Under the pieces are notes generated by a model. That model worked only from the letters and a program-made list of their open reading frames with translations, was not told where the DNA came from and searched no databases. From a virus: a stretch of DNA of 64,000 nt. Each line of letters starts with the position of its first letter. Within the stretch, counting starts at the first letter, position 1. Positions 1 through 10,400 of the stretch are shown in pieces. The DNA is taken from the IMG/VR virus record IMGVR_UViG_3300027969_000043, positions 64,001-128,000 of that record. One strand, written 5' to 3'. Made by a program: the position numbers and the translations under genes.

Positions 1-2174
1 ACACCAGTATAATATGTTGTAGAACCTGTTGTTATACCTGTAAAAAACCCAGGGTCGGTTAAACCTGTTTGAGCAACAATTTGCGAATACGAAACGCCCC
101 TATATCCTGTACTAGTTGCGCTTAATATTTCCCCTAATGACGATGCGGTTCCAGCACTTGATGTGCTCAAACTAGGTAATGCAAACAAACTAGCATTATA
201 AAAATTACTAAGTAAAGAATCGTTTATTGTTATTGATAGAACAGTACCACCAGTAGTAGCAGCTGAATAATACATCAAATAACTTGATAATGTTGTATAA
301 TTTTGGGTGCTTGTAATTAATGTTGTATTAGCACTAAATGTTGGAATATTAAAACTATTAGCCACTATCTCACTACGTGTTGCTGGTGTAGCAGTACTAT
401 TTGCCTCAGTATATACAGCGCTTTTAATATTAAGAGCGGAACCAGCTGTACCCCAAAAACTCCTTATTGGGTTTGGCGGTCCAACAGTACTAGTTTCATT
501 TATAACCACCTGCCCACCAAAAGCGGCAACTGGTGCGGAAAATGTAAGAACACCGTTACTATTTAAAAACTTAGAATTTGGTCTATCAAGATGCGACATT
601 ACCAAATCGTTGTTATATGGTTTATTTCTAAATACAAACATTTTGGAAGGGTCTGGATATTGATTACTAAGACCACCACCACCTGCATTATATGACGTTT
701 CAAAATATAGTCCTAATGGGGCAGCTGGAGAGTAAATAACAGCCCTAGAAGTACCAAAATTTATCGCTGGGAATGAAGAAGGTAAAAATAAAGTACCCGT
801 ACCCGAAGCACCTTGTGAATATGTAAAATCAGCGTTAGTTGTAATTTGATTAGAACTAAAAAATGGTATCCTACCAGTTGTAGCAGAAAATGCACGTAAT
901 ACACCATTTGTATCAACACTCGTAAGATACGTATCAGCTGATATACCCGCTAATCCTTGAAATCTAACTGGGTTTGTTGTTGCGGTTACATGTAGTGTAT
1001 TGGTTCCCGATAAAACACCAATACCAACAGTTCCACCAGTACTAACCGTTAAAGCATTTGGTATTGTCGAAGAACTAAAGTTTAATGTTTTTTGATTTAA
1101 ATCAACAACCCTATTACCGTTTAAAGCACCGTCACTAGTATATAAGGTATTAATGCTTGAAGCGACTGTTGAAGTAAGTGAAGCAACAGAAATTGAATGT
1201 ACCACACCAACATTGTCAATTGTTAAAACATTTGAATCAGAAGAACCTCCTATACCCTCAATTCTAATTGGGTCAGTAGCTGCCGAAATATGTAATTTTG
1301 TACTAGCCGATAAAACACCAATACCAACTGTACCACCAGTACTAATTGTTAAACTGTTTGGCGCTGTTGATGAACTAAAATTTAATGTTTTTTGGTTTAA
1401 GTCAACACGCCTATCTGATTTTATTGAATCATCTTTACCATACAGTGTTGTTATACCTGTAATACTTAAATTTTTACTTGGGTCAGTAAAATCTAGCGCA
1501 ATTGAAGCACCTGTTTGATTATATGTTGCAGCTGTTGTATATATGTTTGTATAACCTGCAGTAAATCCAGTAACAATAAATACACCACGAGAACTAATTG
1601 GCCTCCAATTAGCTGTATCCCCACTAGGTGGTGTTGGGTTTGCACTAACATTTGCGATTGAGTAGTAATCTAAATTATTAACAGTATATGTAACAACAGT
1701 ACTAGCTGTGTATGCAGAAGATGCGTTCCAGTTACCAGCATAAAATAAACCAGTACGGGTATTTGTTGTGCTTGATGAAAACGTAACAATACCGTTTAAA
1801 GAATTATAAGTACCACCTGTAACGGTCACGTCTGAAGCCAACGAGCTAAGATTTTTTGTTATCCCACCACCAAATGTGTTTAATGTCAAATCATAACTCC
1901 CAAGGTCCCAAGTTAATCCTGTAACCATTTGTATTTGACTCCATGTTGTGTTACCACTATTTAATACGTAATAATCATTAAATGCGCCATTTTTAACACC
2001 AACAATCATTCCCGCTCTTCTTCTTTCAGAAGGTATTTCATTCCTAGCAGTAATATCATTAACATTTCTTAAACTATCAACACCATAAACTGGGTCAATA
2101 ACCGCATAAGTATCTTGGGTATCTGTTGGTGATATAAATCCAGTTATGCGTACTCCGCCATCTATAGTTGCCAT
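1..2174 (-). CDS. Tail fibre/virion structural protein, >720 aa, runs off the window start (not in ORF track)
   Basis: Manual translation from ATG at 2174 (MATIDGGVRITGFISPTDTQDTYAVIDP...) is open to position 1. S/T/G-rich, with an internal ~100-aa duplication and modules shared with the 1996-aa fibre. Confidence 0.75.
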   Translation of the reverse strand, partial: MATIDGGVRITGFISPTDTQDTYAVIDPVYGVDSLRNVNDITARNEIPSERRRAGMIVGVKNGAFNDYYVLNSGNTTWSQIQMVTGLTWDLGSYDLTLNTFGGGITKNLSSLASDVTVTGGTYNSLNGIVTFSSSTTNTRTGLFYAGNWNASSAYTASTVVTYTVNNLDYYSIANVSANPTPPSGDTANWRPISSRGVFIVTGFTAGYTNIYTTAATYNQTGASIALDFTDPSKNLSITGITTLYGKDDSIKSDRRVDLNQKTLNFSSSTAPNSLTISTGGTVGIGVLSASTKLHISAATDPIRIEGIGGSSDSNVLTIDNVGVVHSISVASLTSTVASSINTLYTSDGALNGNRVVDLNQKTLNFSSSTIPNALTVSTGGTVGIGVLSGTNTLHVTATTNPVRFQGLAGISADTYLTSVDTNGVLRAFSATTGRIPFFSSNQITTNADFTYSQGASGTGTLFLPSSFPAINFGTSRAVIYSPAAPLGLYFETSYNAGGGGLSNQYPDPSKMFVFRNKPYNNDLVMSHLDRPNSKFLNSNGVLTFSAPVAAFGGQVVINETSTVGPPNPIRSFWGTAGSALNIKSAVYTEANSTATPATRSEIVANSFNIPTFSANTTLITSTQNYTTLSSYLMYYSAATTGGTVLSITINDSLLSNFYNASLFALPSLSTSSAGTASSLGEILSATSTGYRGVSYSQIVAQTGLTDPGFFTGITTGSTTYYTG
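960..1410 (-). repeat. Intragenic direct duplication, 300-nt period (VDLNQKTLNFSSST..N.LT.STGGTVGIGVLS....LH..A.T.P.R..G)
   Basis: ataccaacagttccaccagtactaaccgtt at 1021 vs ataccaactgtaccaccagtactaattgtt at 1321; tttaatgttttttgatttaa at 1081 vs tttaatgttttttggtttaa at 1381. Confidence 0.85.
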
Positions 2175-2200
2175 ATATTTCTTTTTTTATTTTTTATTTT

Positions 2201-3460
2201 TTAAGAGCACAACCACGCATTTAATGAACCTGCAAAAGCGTTTGTCGTTCTGTATACATTATATGTTGTTGATATACCATATATATTACCAAATGATAAT
2301 GTTCCAACTACAGAGTACGGTATATTACCTATACCACTACAACCAGCTGTAGAATCTTTTAAATTAGTTGGTTGTGATAAACTTTGTGGTATAACTAAAT
2401 AACCATATTCAGGGCTTGCTGTTGACGGCCAAGTAATATAATTATTTGTAACATTAGCAACCAAAGCAGTATTAGTAAGACCACTTGCTTGTGCTGCAGT
2501 TATGCTAGTATTAGGTGACTTGCCATAATACCACCTATTTCTCCAAAAAGCTGTTATATTTCTTGTAAATGTTGTACCTTGACTATTAGTTGCTGTGATT
2601 TTATACAAATCAAGTGCTGTAACAGTAGCCGTTGAACTTGAAATATTAATTGATAATGTTACAGGTTGCGTTCCGTCATTTGCCGAACCACTAACCAATG
2701 TTGTTGTACTTGGTGATAACTGCTCTATAGTTATCGTGTTCGCACTTACATTTGTTGAATTTGATGTGGCCCAAGTAAATGTTTGAGAACCAATTGAAAT
2801 TGGTTGCCCAACTTCATAAACTGTTGTTAAGTTAGTTCTAGCGAATGATGTAAATGCTGGTACTTGATATGGGTATAATAACGCATCAAACATCTGTTGC
2901 ATTGTTTGGTTTAAAAATGTAGTCGATTGCGGTATCCCACCCAACCCTGCTGTTGTGGGTGTAGAATTTGTGTAAGTGGGTGTACTACCAGTAGAAAAAC
3001 CATTTATTATGATTGATGAACCATCACTATTATTTAAAGTTAGTGTACCTAATGTACTATCAGCCGAACCACCCGTTATGAACCCATCAACATTAATAGA
3101 TGAACCATTGGTATTATCCAACGTTAAAATACCTGTAACACTAGAATATGTTGCAGCTGTAACAGAACCAGCACCATCAGCTCCAGCAGCACCAGCAGGA
3201 CCAGCAGCACCAGCAGGACCTGTAGCACCAGCTTCACCTTCGGGACCCGCAGGACCTCTAAAATCATCTAAGTTAATAGACAATGTATCACCATTAAGTC
3301 TATTTAATTGTAGTGTTGTTCCGTTTAAATTGACGTTATCTATATCTAAACCTTTTAGAAATATAAAATTATTGTCAAGTTCGGCTTGACTTAAGACACT
3401 ACCCTTTGTTTCGTCACCGTATGGACTTGTTTGAGTCCTTAATATTAAATTATTTGACAT
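2201..3460 (-). CDS. Collagen-like fibre/structural protein
   Basis: N-terminal fibre-anchor-like KGSVLSQAELDNNF and a Gly-X-Y run GPAGPEGEAGATGPAGAAGPAGAAGADGAG. C-terminal half resembles that of 13482-15248 (FDALLYPYQVP vs FDDILFPVANP; WYYGKS vs YFWGKS). Confidence 0.7.
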   Translation of the reverse strand: MSNNLILRTQTSPYGDETKGSVLSQAELDNNFIFLKGLDIDNVNLNGTTLQLNRLNGDTLSINLDDFRGPAGPEGEAGATGPAGAAGPAGAAGADGAGSVTAATYSSVTGILTLDNTNGSSINVDGFITGGSADSTLGTLTLNNSDGSSIIINGFSTGSTPTYTNSTPTTAGLGGIPQSTTFLNQTMQQMFDALLYPYQVPAFTSFARTNLTTVYEVGQPISIGSQTFTWATSNSTNVSANTITIEQLSPSTTTLVSGSANDGTQPVTLSINISSSTATVTALDLYKITATNSQGTTFTRNITAFWRNRWYYGKSPNTSITAAQASGLTNTALVANVTNNYITWPSTASPEYGYLVIPQSLSQPTNLKDSTAGCSGIGNIPYSVVGTLSFGNIYGISTTYNVYRTTNAFAGSLNAWLCS

Positions 3461-3490
3461 ATTTGTTGATTAGATACTATATTAATAAAA

Positions 3491-3548
3491 AATACCCAAA
3501 TATAAATATTCACCAAAATTGTTTTGACAAATAAAATATTTGGGTATT
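3491..3548 (-). terminator. 13-bp inverted repeat (32-nt loop) followed by a T-run on the - strand; probable terminator of the 1279-aa gene
   Basis: aatacccaaatat (3491-3503) / atatttgggtatt (3536-3548). Confidence 0.5.
3502..3509 (-). promoter_or_regulatory. Putative late promoter ATATTTAT
   Basis: Recurrent sense-strand motif upstream of structural genes (12 sites in the window). Confidence 0.55.
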
Positions 3549-3567
3549 CTTATAATAAACTAAAACA

Positions 3568-6500
3568 CTATTGTTTTACAAATAATATTGATTGATTATA
3601 TGTAATAGCAACATAACTACCTGAAGTTAAGTTTCTCACACTAACCCAATCACCACCAGACGAATAACTAGAAGTTTTAACTGTAACCCCTAATATATTT
3701 TTAATCACCATAGTTCCAGACGTGTTAGAATTTATATATATTGACCTTCTATCTGAATTATAAAAAAACCTTCTAATATTAACTGAAGAACAAGACCTAC
3801 TTAAACTATCCGTTGACGGAAGACCAATGCAACCTATAGGTTCACTAGTATATGTTCTAGATTGTAAACCATTAATACATGTACTCCATTGACTATAAGT
3901 AAATACACATGGTGTTGGAGAAACACATGCTCTTTGAACACTATCCGCAGGAGGAACCCCTGTACAACCTACTGGTGTGGATGTATATGTTCTTGTTTGA
4001 GTTCCATTAGCACATGTTGTCCAAATTCCATATGTAAAATTACAAGGTACTATTGGTGATGTACAACTTCTTTGAATACTATCAGTTGGCGGAAATCCCA
4101 CACATCCAGTTGGAGATGTTACATATGGTCTTGTTTGAACCCCATTATTACACGTTGTCCAAGTTCCGTATGTAAAAATACAAGGTGTTGGAGCAACTGA
4201 ATTATACTGATATATTCCTATTGAAGGTGTTGCACCAACAATATTTCCTTCAAAATCTCTATTAAGACCTACATTTGTACCATTATTTATGGCATAAGAC
4301 GTATCACTAGCAATGTGCATATCCCAATTTTGTGGGTATATGCTAGAACTATCAACAATTAATTTACCATTGATAATTCTTTCGCCTATCGCTAATGTGG
4401 TATTAGGCCCTAAAGACGTAGGTGTAAATGAACCAACCGCTCCCTGATAACCACTAACTAAGTGATAGATATTATTTCTATAAAACGCTTTAGGTCTTTC
4501 AGATTGTGTGTATTTAGCATAAAACCCATTATTAATCCAAAATACATTATTACGAATATCAAATACAGTATCTGCTGCTTGAACACTATGGTCACCTGAC
4601 GCTATCGGCCTCCAAGCGTTTTGGAAGTTTTCTGATGATGGATAACGAGTTGATTTATTAATAGGGTATGGTGGCCAATAAATGAATCCTGTGTTTGCAT
4701 ATGTTTGACCATCACCCATAGCATCACCACCAGCATTGTTACCACTAAAACGTGACATAGAACCTTCTACAAAAAAGTTATTCCAAAAATGTAAATTTTT
4801 AACCTGTGTTGCATATGTTCCTGTAGTATTAACATACGCAATGTTGCTACAATTGATAAATTTATTATAGCAAATTGTATCGTCATCTGGGCCTTGTATA
4901 CCGCCTGGTAAATTTGTGCCAAACTCCATACCACCGCTACAATCAATGAATGTATTATAGGCAATGAATGAACTATCAAAATTATTAATAGTTTCAACAG
5001 CTCCACCTAATAAACCTGAACTAGATGAATTAAAAGGATTGGCATAAGCCCACGAACCTGTAATTCTATTATTTGTTATTCTATATTTACTTCCCGATAA
5101 TAACATTGGGTCAGCACCTATATCAGCTTGACTTGCAGTATCTGTTATCCAACCTGTAGATTTAAAATTACTAAATGTATTATTTTCAATCTTAAAATCT
5201 CTAACAAAGGCAACAATACCATATGCTGTATTACTAAAGTTACAGTTTTTTACCGTGATGTTACTACATTTACAACCATCACTTCCACTACAGTATCCAC
5301 TATCCCCAAACCAAAGTCCTAGCGTTGTAAAAGCACCCGAACGTTTGTCATTGACAGGGAATCTTGTATCATTAAACTGTATACCGTCTATCACAATGTA
5401 ACTTACATTAGCAAACGCCAATACACCTTTTTCGTTTGACCTAACTGAACTTGGATAAGGATATAGTAAGTTTGGGCTTTCTAAATTAATATCACCATAA
5501 TATGTGAATACAATTGGATTAGTAGCAGTACCTGAAGGGAAGCTTAATCCTTCATATCCACCACCATACCATTTTACAGAAGCTACTGTGCTGAACTCGG
5601 TACCATTAGCAAATATTTCACCTCTTTTAAAAGCAAATGTATCACCAGCAGTTGCAATACTACTTAAAGTATTTAATTTTGCTAGTGTTTTCCAAGGGGT
5701 CAATGGATTCTGTGCTTGTGTAACACTATACGAATCATTACCAATTGAACTAAAATAAAATTTTCTACCTCTTGTTGTTGGGGATGCACATGTTCTTGTT
5801 AAACTGTCTGCTGGAGGAACTCCCGTACAATTAGTTGGGGAACTCGTAAACGGTCTTGTTTGTATTCCATTACTACATGTTGTCCAAGTTCCGTATGTGA
5901 AAGTGCACGGTACTATCGGTGTTGTACAACTTCTTTGAATACTATCAGTTGGTGGAACCCCAATACAACCTGTCGGTGTAGGTGTATATGGTCTTGTTTG
6001 TGTTCCGTTAGAACATGTTGTCCAACTACCATATGTAAAAGTACATGGTGTTGGAGTAACCGAACCACCGTATTGGTATATACCCATCGAAGGTATAGCA
6101 CCAACACTATTACCAACAAAATCGCTTGTAAGACCTACATTAACTCCAGAATTTATGGCTGGTGATGTACTTGTTAATGTATAATCCCAATTTAAAGGGT
6201 TAGAGTTTGTTGTATTTGTCCAAATAATTCCAGATGTGGAAATCTCAGTACCGTCTAATGTGAAATTAGTAACACTACCATTAGATAATTTATATATGTT
6301 GTTAGTGTGACTTAAGTTAGCACCATTTAACTGTCCATTTCTTGTTAATGATAAACCATTAGATACCTGAATTATATTATTTTTAAGGATTATAATCCCA
6401 GCTGTAGCCTCTGATGTTGACATAGAAAACATAATACCGCTACTACCCCCTGGATTTGTATTAGGAACGGTTTGTAACATTACATTATTATAAAATTGTA

Positions 6501-7407
6501 AGTTTCTTACCGCAGTTTTATACTGTCCACTATTACTAATATAAACTACTGTGTTGTTATTAATAATCTTGTTGTAATATATTTTATTATTTTGAATTAA
6601 ATTATTAGCAACACCATCATTATTGCTACCAAATTCAAAAATACCATTACAGTCATAAAATGTATTGTAAGCAATCACGTTATTTTCAATAACAGAACCC
6701 TCTTCAAAAAATTCTACACCACCACCATCAAATGTATAATCATAACTAGCGGCATAACAATCGTGAAAGTAGTTGTTAGTAACAATATTATTTGAACTAG
6801 ATAGTTGAACAGGCACCCCACCATAATCGTCATCTGGATTAACAGATGTTGGTGTGTTTCTAATCATCCTTAAATTTCCAATATCACAAGAATCCACGGT
6901 GTTATTATTATTGCCTGGTGGAAAATACACGCCATAACCAGTTCTGTCCATCGTACACTTCCTAATAACTATTCCTGTACATCCTTGATACGTAGCAAAT
7001 ACATTTTGTATCTTAGCTTGAATATATCTATCAGTAGCTGATATTGTTGTATCGCTAATCTTCCAACCATAGAAAGTTAGGTTTGTACAACCATTCAATG
7101 TAATTAAAACACTTACTGTAGAGTTTGTCCCCCAGAATAATGGGTCGGCTCCTGTTCCATACACACCAAAATAAATGTTAGATTTATTTGATAATGTTAA
7201 TGTTCCCGAGAATTTAGAATCTTTTGCAAACAATACAGAATCACCATTAGCAACATTGCTTTGTACTTTAGATAATGTTTGCCAAGGCGTTAATGGATTT
7301 TGCGCTTGTGTTGTTGTGTAACTATCACTACCCGCTGAACTAACGTAAAATTTTCTAGCGCTAGCAAATAATGGAATAAATAAAAGAATTGTTAAAAACT
7401 TTTTCAT
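3568..7407 (-). CDS. Secreted tandem right-handed beta-helix (pectate-lyase-like) protein with 5 TSP1-like repeats and a T9SS-type C-terminal sorting domain
   Basis: Sec signal MKKFLTILLFIPLFASA. Two homologous domains each begin RKFY.SS.G.DSY...QAQNPLTPW.TL.K and end G..P.[MI]GIYQY. CxFTYxxWxTCxNGxQxR repeats. C-terminus IYIN...MVIKNILGVTVK...VSVRNLTSGSYV...FVKQ. Confidence 0.8.
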   Translation of the reverse strand: MKKFLTILLFIPLFASARKFYVSSAGSDSYTTTQAQNPLTPWQTLSKVQSNVANGDSVLFAKDSKFSGTLTLSNKSNIYFGVYGTGADPLFWGTNSTVSVLITLNGCTNLTFYGWKISDTTISATDRYIQAKIQNVFATYQGCTGIVIRKCTMDRTGYGVYFPPGNNNNTVDSCDIGNLRMIRNTPTSVNPDDDYGGVPVQLSSSNNIVTNNYFHDCYAASYDYTFDGGGVEFFEEGSVIENNVIAYNTFYDCNGIFEFGSNNDGVANNLIQNNKIYYNKIINNNTVVYISNSGQYKTAVRNLQFYNNVMLQTVPNTNPGGSSGIMFSMSTSEATAGIIILKNNIIQVSNGLSLTRNGQLNGANLSHTNNIYKLSNGSVTNFTLDGTEISTSGIIWTNTTNSNPLNWDYTLTSTSPAINSGVNVGLTSDFVGNSVGAIPSMGIYQYGGSVTPTPCTFTYGSWTTCSNGTQTRPYTPTPTGCIGVPPTDSIQRSCTTPIVPCTFTYGTWTTCSNGIQTRPFTSSPTNCTGVPPADSLTRTCASPTTRGRKFYFSSIGNDSYSVTQAQNPLTPWKTLAKLNTLSSIATAGDTFAFKRGEIFANGTEFSTVASVKWYGGGYEGLSFPSGTATNPIVFTYYGDINLESPNLLYPYPSSVRSNEKGVLAFANVSYIVIDGIQFNDTRFPVNDKRSGAFTTLGLWFGDSGYCSGSDGCKCSNITVKNCNFSNTAYGIVAFVRDFKIENNTFSNFKSTGWITDTASQADIGADPMLLSGSKYRITNNRITGSWAYANPFNSSSSGLLGGAVETINNFDSSFIAYNTFIDCSGGMEFGTNLPGGIQGPDDDTICYNKFINCSNIAYVNTTGTYATQVKNLHFWNNFFVEGSMSRFSGNNAGGDAMGDGQTYANTGFIYWPPYPINKSTRYPSSENFQNAWRPIASGDHSVQAADTVFDIRNNVFWINNGFYAKYTQSERPKAFYRNNIYHLVSGYQGAVGSFTPTSLGPNTTLAIGERIINGKLIVDSSSIYPQNWDMHIASDTSYAINNGTNVGLNRDFEGNIVGATPSIGIYQYNSVAPTPCIFTYGTWTTCNNGVQTRPYVTSPTGCVGFPPTDSIQRSCTSPIVPCNFTYGIWTTCANGTQTRTYTSTPVGCTGVPPADSVQRACVSPTPCVFTYSQWSTCINGLQSRTYTSEPIGCIGLPSTDSLSRSCSSVNIRRFFYNSDRRSIYINSNTSGTMVIKNILGVTVKTSSYSSGGDWVSVRNLTSGSYVAITYNQSILFVKQ
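3790..4182 (-). repeat. Three tandem TSP1-like 4-Cys repeats (~45 aa)
   Basis: CIFTYGTWTTCNNGVQTR...C...RSC; CNFTYGIWTTCANGTQTR...; CVFTYSQWSTCINGLQSR... Confidence 0.85.
5788..6045 (-). repeat. Two tandem TSP1-like 4-Cys repeats between the beta-helix domains
   Basis: CTFTYGSWTTCSNGTQTR...RSC and CTFTYGTWTTCSNGIQTR...RTC. Confidence 0.85.
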
Positions 7408-7485
7408 TTTAAATTTTTTTTAAAAAATTGTTATATTATAAGTACAATAATATAATAATTAATATATTAATTATATATTAATTAT

Positions 7486-10400
7486 TTATACCGATATATC
7501 ACCCGATAAATACCAAACGTCCCCAGACTTCTTTATTAATGTTGCAAAACTATACTGGCTTCTCAACTTTAATGCACCTCCAGAGCTTAATATAGTTACA
7601 CCAGTACCACCACTGATAGATGTTTGACCAGTACCATTTTGAACAATACCAATTTGAACACCAGTGCTAAAATTGGTTGTAGCACTAGGTGGTATGGATA
7701 CAACATTAGCCGTAGAACTAGTCATTTCAATAATGGTATTATTATTAGCCGCTGAAAGCTGTAAAGTATATGCCGTTCCAATAATAGCACCAAATGACAC
7801 ATTACTACTTGCTGATGTAATTCCTGTGATGGTATTTCCATTTACAGAACCTGTACCTGAAAGAGTGATTGTACCTGTTGCAGAATTATATGTACCACCA
7901 GTTACAGCATTTATTGTATATGTAAGTGCTGTACTACCACCTGAAGTAACACTCAACACATTACCTGACAATGTTGTTGCGCTTATATATGTTGGTAAAT
8001 TAAAATAGGTTGTTGCTGATATTGTTGTTGCTGTTAACCCAGATACAATTGTATTACCAGTTACTGTTAATGTATTTGCTGTCAGGCCAGCTAATCTAGC
8101 ATTACCAGTCACGTTTAACGTATTTGCAGTTAATCCACTAGTAAATATTGTTGCACCATTTACCGTTCCACCAGAAAATGTAGATGAACTAGCAGTAAAC
8201 GGGTCAACTTGAACAATTTTTGTAACCCCACTCAATCTAATTCTTAAATCATTATTTTGAATCCATATATCACCATCGTTTGGTGATGTCGGCGCTGTTG
8301 AACCAGTAATGAGCCTTAATGAAGCTTGAGTTGCAGTTGCGGCTGGAAGTGTTAATCTAGCAGTAGGTGTTTCTACACCAATACCAATCATACCTGTCGC
8401 TGTTGCACCTGTTGATGGATTACCAGTTGTTGTTGCATATGTATTTGAACCAAAAATAACACCACCAATATTAATTCGATTTGATGGTGTTCCAGACAAA
8501 CCTATATTTGTACCTACGATAATATTATTTGAACCTAAGTTACCACGCCAACCCGTTTGATATCCTAACAATATTGATTGGCTACCACCAGTCATAAAAT
8601 AGCCAGCTCTATAACCAATAGCCACTAAATCCGATGGTCCGCCAACAATTGACCTACCTGATTCAGAACCCATGATTATTGATGTTGTAACACCTGTCGA
8701 GCTAATACCAGCACTTTGACCAACAATTATTGAAGTTGATGACCCCGAAGCGTCCAGCCCAGCATTATTACCAACAAAAACAGAATTTAACGCAGTTGTT
8801 GCACCATTACCAGCAGAACTACCAATAAAAATAACGTTTGAAGTTACAAAACCACTAATTGATGAATCAGCACCAGCAGCATTACCAATATAAATTGAGG
8901 ATGAAGGTGTATAATTTCTAGCACCTGCCGACAATCCAATACCGACAGAGCTACTTAACGTAACACCATTAATACCCGCATTAGAACCAATGTACACTGA
9001 CGCAGAAGCACCATTTGTATTTAAACCAGCACTATTACCAATAAAAACAGAATTTGTTGAAGTACCTGACAAATCTTTGCCAGCTTGAAAACCAATAACT
9101 ACTGTATTTGCAAATGTGCTAGCTGTATCAGCAGTATATTGTCTAGATTGAAAACCAGCTTGATTACCAATAATAACCGCACTAGTTGCTTGACCCTTAT
9201 TAGTTTTATACGCTGATGTCCCAATAACAACACTACTCGATAACCTACTAGATGCACGAGCGGCTTCAGTACCAATAACGACCGTATTTTGCGAATTACC
9301 CGAAACAAATGCCCCCGCTAAATTACCTATAAAGGTTGAATTAGCAATTGTACCTGCATTTGTCGAACCAGTTGCTGGAAAATAAGGATTTGTCGCAGCA
9401 TTTGTTCCAATTGCAATAACATTAGCCGCATTATTTGCTGTTGCCGCACTCAAAAGACCGTTAAAACCTATAACAACACCATATGTTAAACCAGTAGACC
9501 TAGAACCAGCATCAGTACCAACTAAAACACTACCATATGACAAATAATTATTAAGACCAGCCCTGTAACCAATATAGTCAGAATAATCATTACCCGTAGC
9601 ACCACTACCAGCTTGATAACCAATGAAATTAAAAAATTTAGTATTAGTTGTACCACTACCAGCTTCATAGCCAATTATATTACCATATTGTATATTACTA
9701 GATAATTGACCAGCTGAAGCACCAATAAGTGTTGTACCTGTTATAGCTGACGCTTGATAACCAGCTTGGTTACCAATAAAATTTAAATCACTATTTACGG
9801 TTACATCTGAAAAAAGAACACCCAAACCCGCATTGTAACCAATAAAATTTGAGAAAGTTATACCAGTTGATGATTCACCAGCACTAGTACCAATAAAATT
9901 TGAAGCTGATGTGTTTCTAGCACCATCACCAGCAGCAGAACCAATAAAAGATGACCCCCCTATATTCCTAGCACCATTACCAGCACCATACCCCATAAAA
10001 TTTGAATAACTTGACTCACTTGCACCACCACCAGCATCACTACCAAATAAATTTGAATTAGTAATATCCGTTGCCTCCTTACCAGCATCCTTACCAATAA
10101 AATTTGAATTGGTAATACCAGAAGCAGAACTCCCAGCATTTGAACCAATAAAATTTGAAGAGGCTAAATCAGAACCGTTCGATGCTGCATTGTAACCAAT
10201 AGCATTTATTTTTAATATATTACCAAACCCATCAGTATTATTAATACCATAACCAGCAGTATCACCAATAAAATTTGAACTAGTAACACCCGTTGTAAGT
10301 CTACCAGCATTATAACCAATGAAATTTGAACGGCTTGTCGCACTTGCCCCATCACCAACATTACTACCAATAAAATTTGAATATATTGAATCGTTAGCGC

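Noticed and set aside
3524-3556. TTGACA...TATAAT on the + strand as an antisense promoter to the T9SS-cargo gene
   Set aside because: Spacer is 21 nt, too long; likely chance in AT-rich DNA.
7455-7474. 20-bp perfect palindrome as an operator or origin
   Set aside because: Composed only of A/T in a near-pure AT spacer; not significant alone.
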